Virus record (IMG/VR): IMGVR_UViG_3300013132_005385
Location: 1-64,000 of that record
Strand: one strand, 5' to 3'
Source of the DNA: a virus
Length of the DNA stretch: 64,000 nucleotides
The position numbers and the translations under genes were made by a program. Shown in pieces: positions 39,393 through 48,903 of the stretch. Below the pieces are notes generated by a model, which saw nothing but the letters and a program-made list of their open reading frames with translations, did no database searches and was not told the DNA's origin. How positions within the stretch are numbered: position 1 is the first letter of the stretch; each line of letters starts with the position of its first letter.

Positions 39393-40115
39393 ATGATAGA
39401 AATAATCAAATTTGAGGAATTTAGATCAAAAAACGCTCCTATAGACAGGGAGGTTTTTGAACATCAGGTCGAGTTCATAGAAAGCGAGATCAGAAGAATG
39501 CGCAGGGAGGGATTAAGTGCAGATGAAATTAACGAAAACGTATTTTCCGATATTCTTTCCGGACTAGGAGGGGGTTTTTCCGATATTGTTAAGGATTACG
39601 TTATAGATTGGGCAGCTCAAAAAATGGGAGTCCAAACCCATGACGAAGCTGGTCAACCAACCATATTTTATCAGATGATACGTAATATCATAGAAAAAAT
39701 GGAATGGACCAAAATAGGATCGTATTTCGGAAAAGGATCATGTTCTCATTGGGCTAAAGCTATCGTTTTGGGTCTTGCTGATACCATAGAAGAAAAAGCC
39801 ATAGCTGCTATTCTTGGTGCTTTAGGTATGCAAATAGATGAAAGGGGGGGATTAGCTACAACACTAGCATTGTCTATAAGACAAGGATTACAGAACGCGG
39901 TTAATAACACAGATTTCATGAAGAATATAGAAAAAATGATATCAGGTAAATTGTGTGGAGCTAATTTTGGTGACATACTAAGTGGTATAACCAGATCTGA
40001 TCAAGATAAAGTGACTGACCAGATTCAGAGAGCTGCAGAAGATGACCCAAATATACTTAAAAAAGTAGCAACATCCGGGATAATGGATGTATTAACAAAA
40101 ACAGTTGCACCATGA
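39393..40115 (+). CDS. Putative internal virion protein
   Basis: MIEIIKFEEF N-terminus, INE site followed by an amphipathic helix, late motif upstream. Confidence 0.55.
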   Translation: MIEIIKFEEFRSKNAPIDREVFEHQVEFIESEIRRMRREGLSADEINENVFSDILSGLGGGFSDIVKDYVIDWAAQKMGVQTHDEAGQPTIFYQMIRNIIEKMEWTKIGSYFGKGSCSHWAKAIVLGLADTIEEKAIAAILGALGMQIDERGGLATTLALSIRQGLQNAVNNTDFMKNIEKMISGKLCGANFGDILSGITRSDQDKVTDQIQRAAEDDPNILKKVATSGIMDVLTKTVAP

Positions 40116-40363
40116 ACGTAAAAAACGTAAAAAAAAGAGAAATTCTAGATTACAAGCAATTCATTAAGGTTGCTTCGGATCCATTCAATAAACAAAACTT
40201 GAGCAAGGAGGACAGAACGGGTTTTAATAAAATTAAACCGGAAAAGCCATATGCTTATGTTGGATTTCAAGACCCTATATTTAATAAGGTATCAAAAATA
40301 GATTATCCAGGGAAAGGAGCTACAGAAAGCGGGATCACTGCTGAATTTGGAACTAGCGAATAA
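40112..40363 (+). CDS. Small hypothetical protein (CTS-like ILDYKQFI)
   Basis: ATGA overlap with previous gene. Confidence 0.55.
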   Translation: MNVKNVKKREILDYKQFIKVASDPFNKQNLSKEDRTGFNKIKPEKPYAYVGFQDPIFNKVSKIDYPGKGATESGITAEFGTSE

Positions 40364-40379
40364 AAAATAAAAAATAAAA

Positions 40380-40979
40380 ATGGGAACTAAAATATTATCA
40401 TGGGAGGAATTCAGTAAGGAAAAAAAACAGCCTGATGTACCTCTTTTTAGCGACGATAACATGGCTAAAATACCTACTGAAGAAATCGATGGAATTGAAG
40501 AGGAGGAGGACGAGGATGCCATAGATTCTGAAGAAGTAAAGACGTTAAAGAATCAAACCGATGTCCAATCGGACGAGGACGATACTGAGGAAGAAGATAC
40601 TGAGGAAGAAGATACTGAGGAAGAAGATACTGAAGAGGAAGACGAGGACGATACTGAGGAGGAAGATACTGAGGAAGAAGATACTGAAGAGGAAGACGAG
40701 GACGATACTGAGGAAGAAGACGATACTGAGGAAGAAGACGAGGACGATACTGAGGAAGAAGATACTGAGGAAGAAGACGAGGACGATACTGAGGAAGAAG
40801 ATACTGAGGAAGAAGATACTGAAGAGGAAGACGAGGACGATACTGAGGAAGAAGATACTGAAGAGGAAGACGAGGACGATACTGAGGAAGAAGACGAGGA
40901 CGACCAGACCGAAGATGAAGATAGCGCGGAATCTACGGAGGAGCCAGTGGTAATAAGATTTGATACCTTTTTAGATTAA
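40380..40979 (+). CDS. Highly acidic low-complexity protein
   Basis: MGTKILSWEEF N-terminus, long (DTEEE/DEDD)n tract, C-terminal VVIRFDTFLD. Confidence 0.75.
   Translation: MGTKILSWEEFSKEKKQPDVPLFSDDNMAKIPTEEIDGIEEEEDEDAIDSEEVKTLKNQTDVQSDEDDTEEEDTEEEDTEEEDTEEEDEDDTEEEDTEEEDTEEEDEDDTEEEDDTEEEDEDDTEEEDTEEEDEDDTEEEDTEEEDTEEEDEDDTEEEDTEEEDEDDTEEEDEDDQTEDEDSAESTEEPVVIRFDTFLD
40570..40920 (+). repeat. Coding tandem repeat GATACTGAGGAAGAA with GACGAGGAC inserts
   Basis: Read directly in sequence. Confidence 0.95.
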
Positions 40980-40999
40980 AAAAATAAATATCGGCAGGA

Positions 41000-41024
41000 A
41001 AAAGCCTACCCTCGGTAGGCTTTT
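41000..41024 (+). terminator. Rho-independent terminator
   Basis: AAAAGCCTACC-CTC-GGTAGGCTTTT followed by ATTTTG. Confidence 0.8.
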
Positions 41025-41048
41025 ATTTTGTTTGCGAATATATACATT

Positions 41049-42533
41049 ATGCCTATAGAACAGTTATCGGATTTTAAATTTAAGGGAATAAAGGGTAAGG
41101 AAAAAATGCCAACCGTTATAATACTAACGGGTAGACTTGGCAAAAATGGAAAAGCCCCAACTACCGATAAGATAGCAAAAATTTGCGAGTCTAAAGGAGC
41201 TCCTTGTATAATAGTGAATTCTGAAAAGGGAGTGGTTGAAAAAACACAGAGCGGAATAGTTTTGGTTGGAAATAAGAACGAGAAGCTCAGAGAAATATAT
41301 CTAGATAACACTGTGGTTCTAGCCAGAAGAACAGCCATAAACAATAATGCCTCCAAGACATTTTTTAAAAAATTGGAAGAATTAGGACTTCCGTGCGTTA
41401 ATACATACGATGCGGTCAATCTTTGTGAGGATAAATTACAAACCACAAGGGCATTACAAAGAAACAAGATCCCTGTACCCAAAACAGCCTTGGTTTCTGG
41501 AGAAGATGATATTGACAAATCAGTTAAGGAGGTAGGAGGAAAATTCCCGATTGTTTGTAAATTTATCTCCGGTACTAAAGGTATTGGAGTATTCAGCGTT
41601 GATTCAAGACCTAGCTTAGTTTCTACCCTTCAAGCAATGTGGAATTTATCTCCATCAACGGAGATAGTTATGCAAGAGAAGATAGAAGCTGATTATGACC
41701 TTAGAATACATGTTTTAGGAACAAGTGATGGAATGGGAGGCAGAGAATATAAAGTTATTGCCGCTATGAAAAGATTAAAAATAGAGGGTGATTTTAGAAC
41801 TAATTTTTCATTAGGCGGAGAAATAGAAGCTGTTGAGCTTGACAAAAAAACAAAAAAGATAGCAATAGAATCAGCTAAGGCAGTCGGCTGTCTTTGGGCA
41901 GGAGTTGATATCATTATAGATAAAAATACTGGAGATCCATATGTTCTAGAAGTTAACTCTTCCCCTGGAACGGATGGCATAGAAAAAGCCACGGGGATGA
42001 ATATTAGCCAAATTATTGCCGACTTTTTGGCTAATAAAGATAACTGGCTAAAACCTAAAAAAATTAGCGGATTTAGAGAAATAGTAACGATCCCGGGTGT
42101 TGGAAGCTTTGTAGCAAAACTAGACACCGGAAACGGAGCAGCGTCATGTTCCTTGCATGCTGATACTGTTGATGAAGAAGATGGATACCTAATATGGAGC
42201 ATGGGGGGAGAAACATATAGAAATAAAATACTAGGAACCTCAAGAGCTGAAGTTGGAAAAAATCTTCATATTAGGCCAATCATATCTTTAGATGTTGAAT
42301 TTAATGGTGCCAATTATAGAAAAATAAGATTCTCTTTGGTCGATAGAACAGAAAAGAGTACCCCTGTACTATTAAACAGAGATTTTATGTCTCTCGCAGG
42401 AATAGTAGTTGATCCCTCAGAAGATTTTATATTAACAGATCGTCCCGATGGATATTCGCCAAAAGACGCCAAGGGTAATCCAAAAGCAGGAGTTGTTATG
42501 GGAGACGACTCAGATGAGGATAATGACAATTAA
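41049..42533 (+). CDS. rimK: RimK-family ATP-grasp ligase fused to a C-terminal RimB-like retropepsin protease
   Basis: CEDKLQT, IPVPKT, FPIVCK..GTKGIGV, DLRIHV, GDFRTNFSLGG, AGVDI, LEVNSSPG; C-terminal AKLDTGN...SLHA...RP...FSLVDR...PVLLNRDF. Start moved to ATG 41049 after the late motif (41037-41044). Confidence 0.9.
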   Translation: MPIEQLSDFKFKGIKGKEKMPTVIILTGRLGKNGKAPTTDKIAKICESKGAPCIIVNSEKGVVEKTQSGIVLVGNKNEKLREIYLDNTVVLARRTAINNNASKTFFKKLEELGLPCVNTYDAVNLCEDKLQTTRALQRNKIPVPKTALVSGEDDIDKSVKEVGGKFPIVCKFISGTKGIGVFSVDSRPSLVSTLQAMWNLSPSTEIVMQEKIEADYDLRIHVLGTSDGMGGREYKVIAAMKRLKIEGDFRTNFSLGGEIEAVELDKKTKKIAIESAKAVGCLWAGVDIIIDKNTGDPYVLEVNSSPGTDGIEKATGMNISQIIADFLANKDNWLKPKKISGFREIVTIPGVGSFVAKLDTGNGAASCSLHADTVDEEDGYLIWSMGGETYRNKILGTSRAEVGKNLHIRPIISLDVEFNGANYRKIRFSLVDRTEKSTPVLLNRDFMSLAGIVVDPSEDFILTDRPDGYSPKDAKGNPKAGVVMGDDSDEDNDN

Positions 42534-43933
42534 GAAAGGAAGATATCCACTGCTTTTTTTCTATAGTCCATAGGATCTTCCACTATTTTAGAATTTTTAA
42601 GGGCAAGTTTTTTTCTATCAATAACACAATCGGGCACCAATCCTCTGAAAGTGTCTTTAAGAATCTTTTTATTTTTTCTTTCTTCAAAAGGCAGAGACAT
42701 TGCAAATCTCACAATGTCCAGATTTAAAAAAGGATTTCTAAGCTCTAGAGTGTGCGCCATTGAAAGTTTATCCAGTCTTGGAAGATGATAATATGTCAGT
42801 TCGTGAAATATATCGGATAATTGGGAGTCATACTCATTTATCCTTCTATATCCTCCAAACAGTTCGTCTGCACCGTCACCTGAAATGACTATTCTAGTCT
42901 TTGATCCTTTTTTAATAGCATCAAATAGATGATATTGGGGAATAACGCTACCAAGATCTACTGGACTTTCATTCCATTTCCGATAGACCTCTTTCAAAAA
43001 GTCTAAATTATTTGCATCATCTGTGTCCATTGAATATTTTAGCCTATGTGATGATATTTCCCAGTAATTTTCACACGCTTTTATGTGCTCCTCGTCTTCT
43101 CCATTTTCTATTGAATAGAATTGAACGTCTGCACCTAGCTTGAGAAGCAATCCACCAATTATAGATGAATCCAGGCCTCCAGACAGAAGAAGAGAAGTTG
43201 GATAGTTTTTAGAGAGAAGTCTTGCCCTTGTTGCAGACTCTAATTTCTCCCAAAGCCAGTCCATTTTAGCTTCGTAGTTTTCAAACTCTATGTCGAAGGC
43301 GCTAAAATTGTAATATAGCGCGCTTTTATGGGTAAATGATGGATTATCCAAGTTCCAATAAACAAATGTGTTATTGGGCAGTTTAGCGATGTTTTTGAAG
43401 GGGGTTTCATCCGATACCAAGTAGCCACTTTTTAAAACTCCGCTGATGAAGGCCCCATTAGAAATTTCATCCCCTTTTAATAGGCCTTTTATCTCTGAGC
43501 AGACTGATCCGTCGCTACTTTTATAAAGGGATTTTTTACCTAGCGGATCGGTGAAGGCATAGACATCTTTAGTTTTTGTGTCAACCAAAACAATCGCCCA
43601 AAATCCGTCCCACGAACAGATATGTGGCTTAAATATTGCCTCAAACATGGGTAATCCCCCAAAATGAAAATTTGAAAACAACTTTTGTAAATATTCAGTG
43701 TCCGAATCATATCCCGAAGGGTAATTAAATATCTCCCCATTAAAAAGCATATACCTGTTTTCCCCGATTGGAACTGGCTGAGACCATCCATCTCCATCTA
43801 GAGTCTGTATAGGAAGTCTATGATGACACATGGTTATTCCATTTTCCCTGATAGTCTTATGCTCAATACCTCTATGGGAGATAGATTTTATTTGGCTCTC
43901 GGAAAGGTCTTTTCCTATTAAGATCCCGCACAT
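42530..43933 (-). CDS. asnB: Asparagine synthetase B-like glutamine amidotransferase
   Basis: N-terminal MCGI, HRG, HHRLPI, FNGEIFNY, DPLGKKSLY, LLSGGLDSS, SGDGADELFGGY, RLDKLSMAHTLELRNPFL. Confidence 0.9.
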   Translation of the reverse strand: MCGILIGKDLSESQIKSISHRGIEHKTIRENGITMCHHRLPIQTLDGDGWSQPVPIGENRYMLFNGEIFNYPSGYDSDTEYLQKLFSNFHFGGLPMFEAIFKPHICSWDGFWAIVLVDTKTKDVYAFTDPLGKKSLYKSSDGSVCSEIKGLLKGDEISNGAFISGVLKSGYLVSDETPFKNIAKLPNNTFVYWNLDNPSFTHKSALYYNFSAFDIEFENYEAKMDWLWEKLESATRARLLSKNYPTSLLLSGGLDSSIIGGLLLKLGADVQFYSIENGEDEEHIKACENYWEISSHRLKYSMDTDDANNLDFLKEVYRKWNESPVDLGSVIPQYHLFDAIKKGSKTRIVISGDGADELFGGYRRINEYDSQLSDIFHELTYYHLPRLDKLSMAHTLELRNPFLNLDIVRFAMSLPFEERKNKKILKDTFRGLVPDCVIDRKKLALKNSKIVEDPMDYRKKAVDIFLS

Positions 43934-44481
43934 ATTAATTTATCAATTAGTTTTAGAAAATTTTCTTCGGATTGCGGGTCGAAGTGATTGCTGAATTGGT
44001 GTACTCTGATTCCCGCATCCGACATATAATCGGAAACCTTTTCAAATATTGAAAGCTCCTTTAGCCTTTCCTCGTTGTTTTCTAAATGATCCCAATGATC
44101 TTTATTTTTTCTAAATTTCATCGGAACATCCGATTTGATCAATATGATATCCACATCGTCAAATAATCCGCTAGAGATCATAAAATCTATTTCTGAGAAA
44201 ACATGGGCGTAGCTTACTCTTTCCTGATATATTCCCCATACCTCGTTGGTTAATATACCTCGATCTACTATCAGATTGTTTCCGAGGAATCCCTTAGAAT
44301 AGAGCTGATGCAGCATTATTTCCTTTCCCAGACCTAAAGAATGTGTTGTTTTTCCGTTAGTGGGAAGATTAAGCCCGCCATAAACTCCAGTAAAATCAAA
44401 CTTGAATTTTGACTGTGTAATTTTATCGGAAAGATGGGTTTTTCCTGAATTTCTTGGTCCTTCTAAAAGAATAAGGGGCAT
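43918..44481 (-). CDS. P-loop nucleotide (dNMP/thymidylate-like) kinase
   Basis: ILLEGPRNSGKT and IVDRG motifs. Confidence 0.7.
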   Translation of the reverse strand: MPLILLEGPRNSGKTHLSDKITQSKFKFDFTGVYGGLNLPTNGKTTHSLGLGKEIMLHQLYSKGFLGNNLIVDRGILTNEVWGIYQERVSYAHVFSEIDFMISSGLFDDVDIILIKSDVPMKFRKNKDHWDHLENNEERLKELSIFEKVSDYMSDAGIRVHQFSNHFDPQSEENFLKLIDKLICAGS

Positions 44482-44535
44482 AATCCTATTTTATGATTAT
44501 ACCCCAAATTTAATAAAAATTCCGAATTTATTATC

Positions 44536-46734
44536 TTATAATGATTGGGAAAACTTTTTAATTACTTTTTTGATCTCTTCTGTGTTTGTCCATTCATCAG
44601 ATAGATCATCAAAAAGATTGCTTGACTTTCCTTTAGAGTTTAAAAAACTTTTATATCCGCTGGCGAGTAGCTTAATCTCTTCTGGCTTCCATTTTAAAAG
44701 CTCGTTATATAGCTTTTTATCTCTAAAGCTTGAACCATAAATATCCCTGTAAAGAGCGGTTATTTTTTTAGCATACTTATCGGGAGTTATTTTAGAAGCT
44801 AAGACTGAAAGCTTATCTGTTGATCCATCATTGCCTTTAAAAGAGTCATTTTCAGTGTCATAATATCCCATAACTTTGTCCCATAATCTGAGAGCCACCC
44901 CATTTTCATAGAATCTCAATCCTGGACAAGTTGCTATGGCCATATTTGTTCCTCCGTTATAGCCTTCGTTCTTTTTAACACCCTTTATTTTAACCAATTC
45001 CTGAACCTTTTTCTCTCTGTTGAAATCGCCTTTAACTTTGTTTACTGCGTCCTCAACGGCTTTTTTAATATCATCCGATGATATTTTTTTATCCGTTCCT
45101 GACTCTTTAGCAGCGGACTTTACTTCACCTTTGTTGACCTCTTCTGTTTTTCCTCTTGATCCCCCAGATTCTACAGTTTTCTTGAAAGCATCTCCATTAA
45201 AAGCTTCTAGGATTCCTTTATTTAACCTTTCAAAATCTCTAAAAGTAAGGACAGGAGATTTAGATTCCGTGAGTTTTTCGGTCTCTATTTTGTTTACTAA
45301 TTCTGCAGTTATGTCGGAAGATGAGTCTTTTAAATCAAATCCCGCCTTTAACCCTTGTATAATTCCAGCAGTAGACGATCCAAAAAGTCCATCCGCTCCA
45401 TATTTAGAAAATTTCTTCCAAATATCTGTTTCTGTTACCGCCTTTACATTTTTAAATTTGTTCAATATCAATTTTTGAAAAGCCTCAACATCTGGATTTT
45501 TCTTTCCGCCGGATTCTGATCTTTTAATTGGTTTTTTAAGATCTATTTCGGATTTAGTCTCCTTCTTTTCTCCCTCTCCTTCTTTCTTGGATGCTTCTGC
45601 TGCTTTTAGGATCTCCTCTGTTGCTGCTCCCCTTTCCTCATCGCCCTTATTTTTTAATTCCACTGCCTTGGAAAGAATCTCAGCCACTTTGGAATACTTA
45701 AGACTTTTAAGATAATTTATTCTTTCGTCTTTTATTTTGGAATCAAAATTGGATGAGCTCTCTTCAAGTTCCGATTTAATCTCAGTGTAAAGATCATTAT
45801 ATTTAGAGATAAGATCATCATCTTTGATCTTTCTTCCGTCTTCTTTTCTAGTTGTTTTTGCATCATTCATAAGCTCATTAGCTCTGTTAAGAAGCTGCTT
45901 GAATTTCTCCTCGTATTGACCTGGAGTTTTTAACTCCGGAGATGCTGAACTGTAGGTAGCTGCCTGATCTATTTTTGATTGAATTTGCGAGATCATGGTC
46001 TTACAGTTGTTTATAAAAGAAACCATATTTCCTTTCTTAGAAAATCTCTCCGCCCTTTTGCTCTCCAACGATTCAATAATAAATAATGACTCTTTTACCT
46101 CGCCTTTATTGGAAGAAAGAATCTTGATGGTTTCATCTAAAATGGATGCTATCTTATCACCTAAGAACTTCTTGGTTGATTCCGAGTCAAATTTATCGGG
46201 ATCTTGTTTTTTGAGCTCGTCTAGTGCCTGCTTATAAAGATCCATAGAAAGTTCATAGTTCTTAAAAGCCTGTTCAAATCCCTTACCCCCCGGATCCTTT
46301 ATTGCTCCCGCAAGAAAGTCTGTAAAAGCATTAGAGATCTTATCCATCACCGATTTTGGTGCTGAATCTGACTTAAGTCCCTGTAAAGCTGCATTAAATT
46401 TTGAACTAAACTCATCTTTAAATTTACCAGCAGGAAAAGAAACAACTGTAGATGTCATTATTGCATATGCACCAAAGATGATTTCGCTTAGAATTTTCTC
46501 CAAATCACTAATTTTCTTCTCGGCGGGTGCGGTAGAAGTTTTGGTTGTCTCTTCCTTTTTAGCCGTGGAGTCTCCTGGTTTTGCTGCTGTTTCTGGCTTA
46601 GCAGGATCAGCAGGCTTTTTCTCTGCCCCCGCTGCTTCCTGTTCATTCAAAGATGAATTCAAAGTCTGATATCTTTGAGCCTTTTCAAGAAGCTGATTAA
46701 ATAGCGGGTTTTGTATAAGATCTTGTTTTCTCAT
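44536..46734 (-). CDS. Large putative internal/ejection protein with peptidoglycan-binding-like domain
   Basis: DVEAFQK...GADGLFGSSTAG resembles PG_binding_1; multiple LNE/IIE/LTE/ILE sites. Confidence 0.55.
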   Translation of the reverse strand: MRKQDLIQNPLFNQLLEKAQRYQTLNSSLNEQEAAGAEKKPADPAKPETAAKPGDSTAKKEETTKTSTAPAEKKISDLEKILSEIIFGAYAIMTSTVVSFPAGKFKDEFSSKFNAALQGLKSDSAPKSVMDKISNAFTDFLAGAIKDPGGKGFEQAFKNYELSMDLYKQALDELKKQDPDKFDSESTKKFLGDKIASILDETIKILSSNKGEVKESLFIIESLESKRAERFSKKGNMVSFINNCKTMISQIQSKIDQAATYSSASPELKTPGQYEEKFKQLLNRANELMNDAKTTRKEDGRKIKDDDLISKYNDLYTEIKSELEESSSNFDSKIKDERINYLKSLKYSKVAEILSKAVELKNKGDEERGAATEEILKAAEASKKEGEGEKKETKSEIDLKKPIKRSESGGKKNPDVEAFQKLILNKFKNVKAVTETDIWKKFSKYGADGLFGSSTAGIIQGLKAGFDLKDSSSDITAELVNKIETEKLTESKSPVLTFRDFERLNKGILEAFNGDAFKKTVESGGSRGKTEEVNKGEVKSAAKESGTDKKISSDDIKKAVEDAVNKVKGDFNREKKVQELVKIKGVKKNEGYNGGTNMAIATCPGLRFYENGVALRLWDKVMGYYDTENDSFKGNDGSTDKLSVLASKITPDKYAKKITALYRDIYGSSFRDKKLYNELLKWKPEEIKLLASGYKSFLNSKGKSSNLFDDLSDEWTNTEEIKKVIKKFSQSL

Positions 46735-46745
46735 TTTTTTATTTT

Positions 46746-46997
46746 TTATTTTTTTTCCAGGTCCTCCATTTTTTTAACGGCCACAGATTTTTTTTGGAGT
46801 GCAGCTACTTTCTTTTGTAGTTCCATAGCTTGTTGACGCAAAGACTCTGATTGGGTTATTTCTTTCTTATTGACTCTGTCTTTAAGATAAGAAACAGCAA
46901 GATCGGCTTTAGATATTTCCTTATCTATATTTTGGATCTCGAGGTCTATCGATGATTCCTCGTTCAGTAAAAAATCATTAATTCTCTTGAGCTGCAT
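46746..46997 (-). CDS. Small coiled-coil putative internal virion protein
   Basis: MQLKRINDFLLNEE N-terminus. Confidence 0.55.
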   Translation of the reverse strand: MQLKRINDFLLNEESSIDLEIQNIDKEISKADLAVSYLKDRVNKKEITQSESLRQQAMELQKKVAALQKKSVAVKKMEDLEKK

Positions 46998-47817
46998 ACT
47001 TTCTTTTACTTACTTTTTCTACCCTATATATCTTATCCCTAGTATCTTTGTGCTCCTTTCTATATGAGGATTCTATTTCTCTAATCTCCTTCCTAATGAC
47101 AGATTCAGCATACACATCATCTTCCTTTCTAGCTCTTGTCAATTGTTTTCTAAGGTTTAGAGTTGCATTGTCCATTAGCTTTTGAAGAGACCAGGTGTAT
47201 TTCTTTAGTGATCTCTCAAGGGAATCTAGTTCCCTGGTGGAGATGCTTTGTATGTGTGATTCAAATTCTCCGGTAGACATAGATAAAACTCTTTCAACCT
47301 CAGGATCAACATCTATAGGGGATGAATCAGGTAAGGAGTAAATAGATGAATCATCCTTCATTTTTTTATCCGCTATTGCGGTCATTCTTTCTAGGTCAGA
47401 TGTCAATTTTCTAAGCGTTTCATCCGATTCATATCCCTTTGATTTTTTTAGGGTCTCTTCGGCAGCTTCTATTTCTATTTTTGCCAATTTAGATTGGAAG
47501 TGACTTAGAAGATCCGATTTGTTTCCTATGATTTCATATGCTTCTTTTTTCAGATTCTCCGCCTCTCTATTCTTTGCTAGCTGATAATTACTAAGAGATT
47601 TTTTAAGCATCTCCACTTCAAAAGATGATTCTTCTCCCGATTTGTACAGGTCGAAAATTTCTTTTTTTATCTTACCTGACTCCTTAACAAAATCCATCCT
47701 GGATTCTTTAATTTTATTAAGTATAGAGTCCAATTTTGATTTTTTACCCATAATAGATGAGAACAATCCGCTTAGAATTCCCTCACTTACAAACTCTTCA
47801 AATCTGTATATCTTCAT
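46978..47817 (-). CDS. Coiled-coil putative internal virion protein
   Basis: MKIYRFEEFVSE/GILSGLFSSIMG. Confidence 0.6.
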   Translation of the reverse strand: MKIYRFEEFVSEGILSGLFSSIMGKKSKLDSILNKIKESRMDFVKESGKIKKEIFDLYKSGEESSFEVEMLKKSLSNYQLAKNREAENLKKEAYEIIGNKSDLLSHFQSKLAKIEIEAAEETLKKSKGYESDETLRKLTSDLERMTAIADKKMKDDSSIYSLPDSSPIDVDPEVERVLSMSTGEFESHIQSISTRELDSLERSLKKYTWSLQKLMDNATLNLRKQLTRARKEDDVYAESVIRKEIREIESSYRKEHKDTRDKIYRVEKVSKRKYAAQEN

Positions 47818-48797
47818 TATGATACTTTAACTTCCGTCATTTTAATTTTACCTCCGTCCTTGGCTTTAAGAAGAAATTTCACTACCTTTTGATTCTCCTC
47901 GTTAAGATCTAGAAATTTTTCGACCATATCTGGTGAATATTCTCCTCCTGATATTTCTTCCACAACTTGCTTGTGTAGGGAGTCCAATTTTTTAACTGCA
48001 TCTTCTATTTTTCCTCCCGATGTTTTTATCTGTTGGAATTTTTTAGTGAAAACAGACAACATATCATCACTTATAGGATGTATATTAGCTGCTTCTCTTT
48101 GAGCATCTTCCTCTGCTTTTTTAGCGAGCTCTCTTGATTTATCCACATCTTTACTTATCTTATCAAAATCAACACCAAAGAATTTTTCAAGCTGATCAAC
48201 ATCTTCTTTATACATCTTGCTGAGTTCCTTTGATTTATTATATCTGTCGATCTGAGTTTCTAAAACATCAGAAGCTCTCTGTACGTTGAAATACTTCTTT
48301 TTTCTGTTACTGTCCTTTGTTAGGGATTTAACCTTTTCTTCCAATGAATTAAATATGGTATCGTGGGTTTTTACGAGTTCTTTTAGGGTGTTATTTAGCA
48401 TTCTTCTGGAATCAGTTATTGCCTTTAGCATTTCATCTCTCTTTGGATTTGTGCTGTCTTTTTCAAGTGCTTTTTGCTTTTTTATCAACCCGTAAAAATC
48501 CTTGAATATAGTGAATTCTTCCTTATTAAACTTTAATTCCTGTTCTTTCATCTGGGTTAAGGCTGTCTTTAACTTGCTGATATCCCCACCAATTTTGCTG
48601 CTGATAAAATTTATGATGGAATCTTTTAATCCCTCATTAATTAAAGATAGCTCAGCTGCAAGGTCATCTGTGTTAGCTGATTCAAATAAAGGCCCCTGGT
48701 ACTTTCTTAGGACGTTAATTGCAGCTTTGATATCACCTTTACTTTCCATAAGGGCTTTTTCTGCTGCTTCAAATTTATCAAAGGAATCGATTATCAT
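47817..48797 (-). CDS. Coiled-coil putative internal virion protein (paralog of 46978..47817)
   Basis: MIIDSFDKF...LINE/GLKDSIINFISSKIGG; late motif upstream. Confidence 0.6.
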   Translation of the reverse strand: MIIDSFDKFEAAEKALMESKGDIKAAINVLRKYQGPLFESANTDDLAAELSLINEGLKDSIINFISSKIGGDISKLKTALTQMKEQELKFNKEEFTIFKDFYGLIKKQKALEKDSTNPKRDEMLKAITDSRRMLNNTLKELVKTHDTIFNSLEEKVKSLTKDSNRKKKYFNVQRASDVLETQIDRYNKSKELSKMYKEDVDQLEKFFGVDFDKISKDVDKSRELAKKAEEDAQREAANIHPISDDMLSVFTKKFQQIKTSGGKIEDAVKKLDSLHKQVVEEISGGEYSPDMVEKFLDLNEENQKVVKFLLKAKDGGKIKMTEVKVS

Positions 48798-48814
48798 TGT
48801 TTTTTTCTTTTATC

Positions 48815-48822
48815 TATATATC
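48815..48822 (-). promoter_or_regulatory. Putative late promoter GATATATA
   Basis: Between the capsid terminator and the next ATG. Confidence 0.65.
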
Positions 48823-48850
48823 CAAAAAATGGATAGTAAACCCAACAAAC

Positions 48851-48883
48851 AAAAAAGAGCCCTGAAAAATTCAGGGCTCTTTG
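48851..48883 (-). terminator. Rho-independent terminator after major capsid gene
   Basis: AAAGAGCCCTGAA-loop-TTCAGGGCTCTTT inverted repeat with T-tract on minus strand. Confidence 0.88.
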
Positions 48884-48903
48884 ATATACCGATTCTAATA
48901 AGA

